Below, piece after piece: positions 1 through 8,276 of a DNA stretch of 9,759 nt. The notes under the pieces are model-generated. The model saw only the letters and a list, made by a program, of their open reading frames with translations, did no database searches and was not told the DNA's origin. Each line of letters starts with the position of its first letter. The first letter of the stretch is position 1. This DNA is from Octopus sinensis. Taxonomy: Eukaryota. Where the stretch lies: the NCBI RefSeq assembly GCF_006345805.1, contig NW_021827861.1:1-9759 (forward strand). The letters are read 5' to 3'. The translations under genes were made by a program, and so were the position numbers.

Positions 1-413
1 CGCCCCTCGTATATACGTTTATACACCCAAACATGAGTGAGAACTTACGAGTTAAGGTTATAATCAGGGCACCTACGATTCGTTGTTTTAGATTAGAAAG
101 TACAAAAAAAGAAAATCCGTAAGTTTTCTTTTATTCTCTCTGTCCCATTTATTGTATTATGAGCCAATGAACGGTGTGTAACTCTCTAACCCAGTTGCTT
201 ATTTGTCCTTGATTATGAAAAGAAAGAAGGTAGACATTCCGGTATAACCTAACCCAGTTGATAGAGAGTATACTACCTTACATACCAAAATTGGAATATT
301 CAACCAGACTCAAATATACTAATGCTTTAGAGAGTATTTGTAACGGACACAAAAATTAAAAAGAAAATTAGTAAAGGGTACAATAGTAGAACTGTCTAAT
401 ATTAAAAGCTGGA

Positions 414-630
414 TTAAATGCGGCGAGCTGGCGCAATTGTTAGCCCGCGGAGAAAAATGCTTAACAGCATTTCGTCTGTCTTTACGTTCTGAGTTCAAAT
501 TCCACCGAAGTCGACGTTACCTTTCATCCGTTCTGTGTTGATAAAGATAAGTACTAATAGAGCCCTGGGGTAGATGTAATCGATCTATCTACCCGCTGAA
601 ATTGCTAGCCTCCTGCCAAAATTTGAATCC
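414..630 (+). mobile_element. Old, diverged tRNA-derived SINE, family A (alternative 3' tail)
   Basis: Aligns by eye with the young copy at 4540-4772 (gcggcgagctggc...ttacgttctgagttcaaattcc...cctttcatcc...aagtac...ctgggg..gatgtaatcga). B-box-like GAGTTCAAATTCC present. Degenerate TSD aatattaaaagctgga (398-413) vs aatattaaaaaatgga (631-646), 14/16; the right copy partly overlaps the tail. Confidence 0.8.
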
Positions 631-925
631 AATATTAAAAAATGGACTTTAGTGTTTCAAAAGCGATAAGTGAAAATACGTTAGGCACCGTAATCATAAA
701 ACACAAGTGCAACATAAACTGGGCGTTATGTGAATTGAACAGCTTGGATTGAAAAATAGAGAAACGACCAAGAATGCCCTGAGCCAGGTACGGTTTACGT
801 CCTCCGGACAGATGGGGGACAGTACCTGATTCAAATAAAGAAGCACTAAACAGTAACAGCAGTCGGATTACTTAGTAACAAGTAAAAGGAAAATAATTAA
901 TATGATAACACGAAGAAATCAATAT

Positions 926-964
926 CACACACACATACACACACCACACATACATACATGCATA

Positions 965-1005
<41 letters not shown>

Positions 1006-1010
1006 CATAC
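926..1010. repeat. Compound (CA)n/(CATA)n/(TA)n microsatellite
   Basis: Read directly from the sequence. Confidence 0.95.
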
Positions 1011-1013
1011 AAA

Positions 1014-1221
1014 AAGGCGGCGAGCTGGCAGAAACGTTTGCACGCCAGGCGAAAGGCTAGCCGTATTCGTCTGCGTTACGTTCTGGGTTCAAATTCGCCG
1101 AGGTCGACTTTGCCTTTCATCCTTTCGGGGCGATAAATTAAGTACCAGATGTATCGACTTAATCCGTTTGTCTGTCCTTGTTGTCCCCTGTGCTTAGCCC
1201 CTTGTGGGTAGTAAAGAAATA
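1014..1221 (+). mobile_element. tRNA-derived SINE family A, with internal ~16-nt deletion
   Basis: Near-identical to 4540-4772. A-box-like TGGCAGAAACG, B-box-like GGTTCAAATTC. Lacks ttacgcactggggtcg after 1148. Ends in gtaaagaaata. Confidence 0.92.
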
Positions 1222-1381
1222 TATATACGCATGCATGCATGTATGCATGTATGTATGTATGCATGCATGTATGTATGCATGCATGTATGTATGCATGCAT
1301 GTATGTATGTATGCATGCATGCATGCATGTATGTATGTATGTATGTATGTATGTATGTATGTATGTATGTATGTATGTATT
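1219..1381. repeat. (TATG/CATG)n tetranucleotide microsatellite at the SINE A tail
   Basis: Read directly. It generates the spurious (IHTY)n and (CMYV)n ORFs. Confidence 0.97.
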
Positions 1382-1539
1382 AGGAACCAACAAAATATGA
1401 ACAATAAACTAAGTACACTGAAGAAAACCCTTTGGATAATGACAAAAGAAAAGAAAAGGTTAAAATGCACAAGATAAAATAAAAGCGTTATTTGAAATAT
1501 ATACTAGATGGGAACTTGGGATAAAAATAAACATAAGAC

Positions 1540-2045
1540 ACAATGGTCAATCGCTTTCCCGATTTGACAAAGACGAATAAGAATAAACCCAATGAGAGCC
1601 AGCAATAACTCAAACAAGAAGAAGCATAAGTTCTAATTTTACCCGCACATGTCCAGTACTTAGTCACATAATATATGGCAATAAAATAATCGAAGAACAT
1701 GCTGACGTCAAATGCAGAGTATGCGGCCAGTACAATGAGACATTTGACCACATTACCTCTAGTTACCAAGTCCTGGTACATCAATAGATCTAATCAAATT
1801 GACAGCTAATATCCACTGGAAAACATTTCGATACTTCGACTTGTTATGACATAAACTTATACCAAACACAGTACAATGCAACGATCTGGATACAATCGTC
1901 TGATAGAGAAAGGGATCAAGGAAAATCGTCAGATGTGATAAACAAGCCTTGGAGCGAAGATTTCTGCAGTCTGATAGATACTTCAATTCCATTGAACAAA
2001 ATATCACCAAGAAAGAGATGACTAAGCTGTCACAATATAAGGTTT
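1540..2045 (+). mobile_element. Decayed 3' coding fragment of an R4/Dong-like non-LTR retrotransposon (CCHC zinc knuckle + restriction-like endonuclease)
   Basis: Manual translation gives KCRVCGQYNETFDHITSSYQVL (1710-1775), matching CRxC..ETxxHIxSGC with the last Cys TGC>TAC. This is followed by IHWK, IKENR(Q), LIDTSIP (1971-1991) and NITKKEMTKLSQYK, in the order of the RLE-LINE C-terminus (IHW..NRPD..LIDVSIP..K..KY). Stops and frameshifts are present. Confidence 0.8.
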
Positions 2046-2076
2046 GAAATATGTTGAGTGTAAGGTAAATGATCGT

Positions 2077-2376
2077 GGATGCACATGGCCTAGTGGTTAG
2101 AGCAGCGGACTCGCGGTCGAGGGATCGCAGGTTCGAATCTCAGACCGGGCGATGTGTGTGTTTATGAGCGAAACGCCTAAGCTCCACGCGGCTCCGGCAG
2201 AAGGTAATGGCGAAACTTCTGCCGACTCTTTCGCCACGACTTTCTCTCACTCTTTCCTCCTGCATCTAGCAGTTCACCTGCGACGGACCGGCGTCCCGTC
2301 CAGGTGGGGAACCTATACGCCAGGAAACCAGGAAACCGGACCTTATGAGCCAGGCATGGATCGAGAAGGAACAAAC
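2077..2376 (+). mobile_element. Full-length tRNA-derived SINE family C with V-domain-like central segment
   Basis: A box TGGCCTAGTGG, B box GGTTCGAATCT. Central cctgcgacggaccggcgtcccgtccagg resembles the V-SINE domain (from recall). 15-bp TSD aaggtaaatgat(c/t)gt at 2062-2076 and 2377-2391. Confidence 0.88.
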
Positions 2377-2411
2377 AAGGTAAATGATTGTAGTCTTTCG
2401 TATTCCAAGAA

Positions 2412-2678
2412 AGACGGTTCTGCAATTTCTTGCTGAACAAGCTGCACTTTGTTTATGGTGATGAAATGTATGTGCTATACATTAAGCTCACTCCCTTCAT
2501 CAGATCGACATTACCCGAACAAGTGCACGGTATACCACGCACCAAGTGTCAAACTCGTCACGGAACAGCGTGTAATGAAGAGTTTTGCTCGAGAAAACAA
2601 CGCACCATCCGATCTAGGAATTGAAACCACGATCTCGCAATCAAGAGTATAACAACATAACTGCTAGGCCATGCGCCC
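2412..2678 (-). mobile_element. Old tRNA-derived SINE family D
   Basis: The reverse complement begins gggcgcatggcctagcagtt (A-box-like)...ggtttcaattcct (B-box-like)...tctcgagcaaaactctt, resembling the ttgagcaagacactt segment that follows many SINE heads. The 3' boundary is approximate. Confidence 0.65.
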
Positions 2679-2895
2679 TCGAATGTGAAGTATGAATGTG
2701 AAACTGAACCAATAATAATTGGAGCATAATAATTTTGTTTAGTTCTATGAACAAAAACATTTTTGAAAAAAAAACATACCAGGACTCACAATTTTACGCA
2801 CAGTTAACCACGCCCCATGCAAGACACTTTTAATTCAATAGCCCTGTGCGTGGCACTTAAGTAGAACAGTAACCTGTCAATAATGAAACAACGAT

Positions 2896-3138
2896 ATATA
2901 GGTGCAGGAGTGTCTGTGTGGTAAGTAGCTTGCTTACCAACCACATGGCTCTGGGTTCAGTCCCACTGCGTGTCACTATTACTATTCTTATTACGTTCTG
3001 AGTTCAAATTCCGCCGAGGTCGACTTTGCCTTTCATCCTTTCGGGGTCGATAAATTAAGTACCAGTTGCGTACTGGGGTCGATCTAATCGACTGGCCCCT
3101 CCCCCAAAATTTCAGGCCTTGTGCCTAGAGTAGAAAAG
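2896..3138 (+). mobile_element. Chimeric SINE: family B head (2896-2977) + 13-nt linker + 5'-truncated family A body (2991-3138)
   Basis: 2896-2977 matches 5295-5372. 2991 onward matches the family A body, with a tail like the 414-630 copy. A perfect 17-bp TSD aataatgaaacaacgat lies at 2879-2895 and 3139-3155. Confidence 0.9.
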
Positions 3139-3155
3139 AATAATGAAACAACGAT

Positions 3156-3375
3156 GGAGCCTCTATGTGGTGGCTCAACTTACTAGTAATAGCCATCCAA
3201 ATCTCAACTCAAATTACACCCTACGTCTTTAAAAAAAAGAATACAGTGGGTGATATGGGCCTGGGTTCTCAGCAAATTGGAGAAATATGGGACGTTCACG
3301 ATTGGAATCACTTTGGTCATTGATCTACTCGATTAGAATTGATTTGGGGACCATATTTAAAATGTAGCAACAATC
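3156..3375 (+). repeat. Possible old interspersed repeat fragment (SINE 3' part)
   Basis: ggtggctcaacttactagtaatagccatccaaatctcaactcaaattacaccct resembles an octopus repeat as I recall it. There is no second copy in the window to confirm it. Confidence 0.3.
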
Positions 3376-3406
3376 TAATAATTAAAAAAAATCACTAATC
3401 ACTGTA

Positions 3407-3890
3407 GCTGTGTGGTAAGTAGCTTGCCTACCAACCACATGGTTCGGGGTTCAGTCCCACTGCGTGGCACTTTGGGCAAGTGTCTTCTACTATAGCCTCG
3501 GGCCGGCCAAAGCCTTGTGAGTGGATTTGGTAGACGGAAACTGAAAGGAGCCCGTCGTATATAGTATATATATATATAATTACATATATATATATATATA
3601 ATATATATATTTATATATATATATATATAATATATATATATAATATATATAATATATTATATATATAATATATATACGTGTGTGTGTTTGTGTGTCTGTG
3701 TTTGTCCCCCTAGTCTTACTTGACAACCGATGCTGGTGTGTTTATGTCCCCGTACTTAGCGGTTCGGCAAAAGAGACCGATAGAATAAGTACTGGGCTTA
3801 CAAAAGGATAAGTCTCGGGGTCGAGTTGCTCGATTAAAGGCGGTGCTCCAGCATGGCTGCAGTCAAATAACTGAAACAAATAAAAGAGTA
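3407..3890 (+). mobile_element. tRNA-derived SINE family B, slightly 5'-truncated, with expanded internal (TA)n
   Basis: High identity to 5295-5707 on both sides of the internal microsatellite. B-box-like GGTTCAGTCCC and CORE-like ttgggcaagt present. Confidence 0.93.
3558..3676. repeat. Interrupted (TA)n microsatellite inside SINE B
   Basis: Read directly. Confidence 0.95.
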
Positions 3891-4236
3891 CACGTTCACA
3901 TACAGATCCAACACCCAACTGTATAACAACCCACACAACACAAGTACTACTTAATCACCAATCAATAAAATAAAACAAAATATATTCTTACATAATCGAT
4001 AGCTGACAAATCACACAGCTCACATTCTATGCAACTACCACTTAGTACTAAAACACAATCCAAACAGCACATTATTCCATCTGTACTAACGTCGTCTGAC
4101 GCTAAAGCACAACCAGACTTGCGCAGCTTTTCCTCGGCACACGCTAACCATCTGACAAATGTAGCAACTAGACTTTTTGCCCTGTTTCATAAATTTAATA
4201 ATGATTTCAAATGTTTATACAAGGCCAAACAAGTTC

Positions 4237-4417
4237 TGGGGAGGGGATAAGTCGTTTACATCGACCACCCCCCCCCCCAGTGCTTATTTTATCGATCTCG
4301 AAAGGAAGAAAGGGCAAAGTCAACCCCGACGGAATTCAAACTTAGATCGTAAGGACGGACGAAATGCTGCTAAGCATTTTGCTTGGCGTGTTAACGATTC
4401 TGTGAACTCGCTGCTTT
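4237..4417 (-). mobile_element. Old diverged SINE family A, minus strand
   Basis: Reverse complement aligns with the family A head and central domain (gaaagg..gaaagggcaaagtcaacc..ggaattcaaacttagatcgtaa...gacgaaatgc). Confidence 0.85.
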
Positions 4418-4539
4418 GCTTCATATGTTCAACAATACCATCCGCCTAGGTGACGGTTATTAGAATTTGCAAATGCATTTTGACACACCCTGCTGATCAC
4501 ATGTCACTTTTGTTAGATCTGCTTCGACCACTCGTCCAT

Positions 4540-4772
4540 AAGGCGGCGAGCTGGCAGAAACGTTAGCACGCCGGGCGAAATGCGTAGCCGTATTTCGTCT
4601 GCCGTTACGTTCTGAGTTCAAATTCCGCCAAGGTCGACTATGCCTTTCATCCTTTCGGGGTCGATAAATTAAGTACCAGTTACGCACTGGGGTCGATGTA
4701 ATCGACTTAATCCCTTTGTCTGTCCTTGTTTGTCCCCTCTATGTTTAGCCCCTTGTGGATAGTAAAGAAATA
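4540..4772 (+). mobile_element. Full-length young SINE family A
   Basis: A/B-box-like motifs present. Highly similar to 1014-1221 and to the reverse complement of 8035-8260. Confidence 0.95.
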
Positions 4773-4795
4773 TGTATATAGATACACACACACAC

Positions 4796-4829
<34 letters not shown>

Positions 4830-4832
4830 ATA
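4771..4832. repeat. Compound (TA)/(CA)/(TG) microsatellite at the SINE A tail
   Basis: Read directly. Includes the palindromic (AC)5(GT)5 at 4786-4805. Confidence 0.9.
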
Positions 4833-5023
4833 CATATTAAGATAGAAAAGTGACGACTAACCATTGGTCTACGTCATATTCAGTTTCTCTTATCGCCACT
4901 CTAGTATTTCTTTCACCCATGTACTGAGACACACCTCACTCGTCAGAGATATTCATAATAATTTTAGTCTGAGTTTTGACCGAGCCTTTAGTTTTGAAAG
5001 GTATAGGAAATAGTAGTACTACA

Positions 5024-5091
5024 ATTTATTTATTCATTTATTTATTTACTTATTTATTAATTTAGTTAGTTAGTTAGTTTGTTAGTTAGTT
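5024..5091. repeat. (ATTT)n grading into (AGTT)n microsatellite
   Basis: Read directly. Confidence 0.9.
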
Positions 5092-5294
5092 TTTGGGCTT
5101 GTTAGTTTAGAGAAATGATTTCTCCTGAATTGCTCTGAAGATTTGTTACACTTCGTGTCGCAAGACCAAATGTAGCCCTTTCAGAAGTAGAAAAATAGTT
5201 TTGTTCTTCCTCTGGATTAGCTCCTGTAACAAAGAAATGTTGTTTGGTCTTAGAAAATTCTCCCAACTACATTTTTTTTTGTCTTGGAACTACG

Positions 5295-5707
5295 ATAGGC
5301 GCAGGAGTGGCTGTGTGGTAAGTAGCTTGTTTACCAACCACATGGTTCCGGGTTCAGTCCCACTGCGTGGCACCTTGGGCAAGTGTCTTCTATAACCTCG
5401 GGCCGACCAAAGCCTTGTGAGGGGATTTGGTAGACGAAAACTGAAAGAAGCCCGTCCTATATATGTATATATATATATGCGTGTGTGTGTTTGTGTGTCT
5501 GTGTTTGTCCCCCAGCATTGCTTGACAACCGATGCTGGTGTGTTTGCGTCCCCGTCACTTAGCGGTTCGGCAAAAGAGACCGATAGAATAAGTACTGGGC
5601 TTACAAAAGAATAAGTCCCGGGGTCGAGTTGCTCGATTAAAGGCGGTGCTCCAGCATGACCGCAGTCAAATGACTGAAACAAGTAAAAGAGTAAAGAGTA
5701 AAGAGTA
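5295..5707 (+). mobile_element. Full-length tRNA-derived SINE family B
   Basis: A box TGGCTGTGTGG, B box GGTTCAGTCCC, CORE-like ccttgggcaagt, internal (TA)/(TG) tract, 3' tail repeats (aaagagt)n. Confidence 0.95.
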
Positions 5708-6080
5708 TAGGTTTGAAAATTCCATTTGTTCAGTTTGTGTTAAAGAAAGATTAATTTTGATACAACTTGGATATATAAATGGATTAGTGTTAGATTCCGT
5801 GCAAGGATTACCGCTGTCGTTGCTACCACTATCTTTGGTGCTACTTGCCTGGATGTTTCGGATATTTTTATTTTTATCCATTAATTGTTCATTAAAGCGT
5901 TCATTTTCTCTTTCTTTTTTTTATGTTCATTTTTTGTGTCTTCGTGATTCTATGTGTGTGTGAGTGTCTGTGCGCGCTCGCATATTTTTTTCTTTTTGCT
6001 GTTGCAATGTTCATTCGTGTGGCATTGGTATGTTTGGTAACAGTTTGGGATTTGAACATGGAATATGCATAAATAAATAA

Positions 6081-6240
6081 GCGCAAGCATGGTCATGTGG
6101 TTAGAAGCTCGCTTTGCAACTTCATGGTTACGGTTTCAATCCCACTGCAGATACCTCAGGTAAGTGAATTCTAATTATGTCCCCCGGCCGACCAATGCCT
6201 TATGAGTGAATTCGATAAATGGAAAGTGTGTGGAAGCCCG

Positions 6241-6285
<45 letters not shown>

Positions 6286-6534
6286 CATGTATATGTATAA
6301 ATGTGTCTTTGTATTTCTGTTTGTTCCCCCATCATCGCTTAGCAACCAGTGTTGGGGGTGTTGGTTTGTTTACCTTCCCATAACTTAGTGGTTATGCAAA
6401 AGGGGGTGACAGAATAAATATTACACTTTAAAAAAATAAGTACTGACGTCTAATTCTTCGATTAATGTCATCAGGGCAGTGCCCCAGCATGACCGCAGTC
6501 CAATGATTGAAACAGGTTAAAAAGAAAGGAAAAA
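6081..6534 (+). mobile_element. Older SINE related to family B, with internal (CA)n
   Basis: Collinear diverged matches to family B (atcccactgc, ggccgaccaatgccttatgagtgaattc, gaagcccgt, ccccagcatgaccgcagtc..atgattgaaaca). (CA)n at 6243-6282 sits where the TA tract lies in the other copies. Confidence 0.85.
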
Positions 6535-6776
6535 TACAATATATATTTTTTTAAATTGTAAATCTAGCCCTCCTGCATTTTTGTACGGTACCGGGTATTA
6601 CGGGTAGACATTCCTTAAATATCGTGAGGTAAATGTGGCTAACCCTTAAGGGTTGATGCTACTGTAGCTTGTAAGTCTATGAAGATATCTCCTCCAGCTG
6701 GCTATTGACACACTTTCTGTGCCCTATCAGAAGTTGCAACGTGAAGTCATTTTCCCATCTCCAGCCTGTCGTGATA

Positions 6777-6821
6777 CATACAGACCCGAGTTTCTGGATA
6801 TTGACCCGTCATCAGCGTGTG
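6777..6821 (-). ncRNA. Minimal type I hammerhead ribozyme motif (inverted copy)
   Basis: Minus strand reads cacacg-CTGATGA-c-gggt-caat-atcc-a-GAAA-c-tcgg-GTC-tgtatg. Stem I has one mismatch. Confidence 0.75.
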
Positions 6822-7159
6822 ACAACCACCAGCTGGCGATGGGAAGTGGTTCTCAATGCGAATATATATATATACTTCCCTTTGCAAATACTGATAGGGC
6901 ACGGAAAGTGTGTCAATAGCCAGCTGGAGGAGATGTCTTCCTGGGGCTACAAGCTACAGTAGCATCAACCCTTAAGGTTAGCCACATTTAGGTGGAAAAT
7001 ATACTTCCTGATGTTGTGCAGCTATTGTTTATATTTCGCTCAGAGATTTATTATTGCTTGTTCCCACTTTTACGAAATCACTGACGTTCCGTCACTGGAA
7101 AAAGTATATATATATATATTTGCATTGAGAACCACTTCCCATCGCCAACTGGTGGTTGT

Positions 7160-7204
7160 CACATGCTGATGACGGGTCAGTACTCAGAAACTCGGGTCCG
7201 TGTG
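7160..7204 (+). ncRNA. Minimal type I hammerhead ribozyme motif
   Basis: cacatg-CTGATGA(7166-7172)-c-gggt-cagt-actc-a-GAAA(7187-7190)-c-tcgg-GTC(7196-7198)-cgtgtg. Stem I is 6 bp (one GU), stem II 4 bp, stem III 2 bp with the quasi-palindrome ACUCGGGU. Predicted cleavage after C7198. Confidence 0.8.
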
Positions 7205-8034
7205 TATCCCGTCAGGCTGGAGATGGGAAGGATGGCTTCCCTTTGCAAATACTGATAGGGCACGGAAAGTGTGTCAATAGCCAGCTAGAGGAGATGTCTT
7301 CCTGGGGCTACAAGCTACAGTAGCATCAACCCTTAAGGATTAGCCACATTTAGGTGGCAAATGTACTTTACGATGTCGTGCAGCTACTGTTTATACTTCG
7401 CTCAGAGATTTATTGATTCCTTAAATAATTATACCCCCTTTCTGCAAGCTGCCGAAAACTGGCTCCAGGGCTCCTGCATACTTACAAATAAAACTACATT
7501 CATGGAGATTGCAAAAATGTAGGTACATTGACGCGATAAACTTATATAAAAATTAGGGAGAAGCGGTAAAGCATTATATTAAAGATGAGATGTAAATTTG
7601 AAAAACAATAAATATAAAACTCAAAAAGCATTTTTTTATCAAAATGGGGTTTTTAAACTTCTTTTATTATTCAACTTCACTCTAAGCAGGAAACTAATGC
7701 GAATCACAAATTGGGTAATCCATTTTGAAGTGGGTTGAGAACCATCCCCTAAGTACGATCACCGTGATCCACGTTTGGATCTGACTACCTGGTTCTTCTC
7801 AGTATTTTACCTGTACTCAGCAAATCATCATCTCAGGATATTTCATTTTCTATCTAGTAGCCTATCGATTAAGAATTCGACCATGATCTTCATGACCGCA
7901 AAATTCTTTGCCGTTTGAAGGAAGTTATTTTCTCTCCCCGAGTGTCTTGGACATAATTTTATTGGATATTTTTTGTTTTTGTTTTTGTTTTCTCGTCTTT
8001 GCTTTCTTTCTGCCGTCAGCCATTTTCATTCTCC

Positions 8035-8260
8035 TATTTCTTTACTACCCACAAGGGGCTAAACACAGAGAGGACAAACAAGGACAGACAAAGGGATTAA
8101 GTCGATTACATCGACCCCAGTGCGTAACTGGCACTTATTTAAGCGACTGCGAAAGGATGAAAGGCAAAGTCGACCTCGGCGGAATTTGAACTCAAAACGT
8201 AACGGCAGACGAAACACGGCTACGCATTTCGCCCGGCGTGCTAACGTTTCTGCCAGCTCG
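8035..8260 (-). mobile_element. Young SINE family A, minus strand, inserted in the RTE remnant
   Basis: Reverse complement of the 4540-4772 type. Perfect 18-bp TSD cagccattttcattctcc at 8017-8034 and 8261-8278. Confidence 0.95.
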
Positions 8261-8276
8261 CAGCCATTTTCATTCT

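Larger units (their letters stand above)
6622..7415 (+). mobile_element. Hammerhead-ribozyme-bearing non-autonomous Penelope-like/retrozyme-type insertion (inverted copy + 1.5 tandem units of ~361 bp)
   Basis: 6630-6877 is an inverted copy of 7102-7352. 6875-7052 is a direct copy of 7236-7414. A 12-bp direct repeat attccttaaata at 6610-6621 and 7416-7427 flanks the whole. Two HHR cores are present and there is no ORF. The repeat structure is certain; the class assignment is inferred. Confidence 0.75.

Noticed and set aside
186-260. 12-bp direct repeat ctaacccagttg (186-197, 249-260), and ggtagacattcc shared between 229-240 and 6603-6614
   Set aside because: A few 12-mer matches are expected by chance in 10 kb, and no recognisable element lies between them.
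1076-1477. ORFs with (IHTY)n / (CMYV)n repeats
   Set aside because: Translations of a tetranucleotide microsatellite plus SINE sequence.
2077-2150. tRNA gene
   Set aside because: A/B boxes are present but there is no proper acceptor stem. It continues into a SINE body and is enclosed by a TSD.
2844-2869. tgcgtggcactt upstream of the chimeric SINE, matching the SINE B breakpoint region
   Set aside because: Only 12 nt and outside the TSD. It may be chance or a scrap of an older SINE.
4478-4492. ttttgacacaccctg resembling a Tc1/mariner TIR end
   Set aside because: No partner TIR and no flanking TA dinucleotide.
3742-5963. ORFs overlapping SINE A/B copies (e.g. 3742-3936, 4460-4687, 5290-5682, 5417-5614)
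   Set aside because: Similar peptides recur at each repeat copy. They are repeat-derived and have no domain signal.
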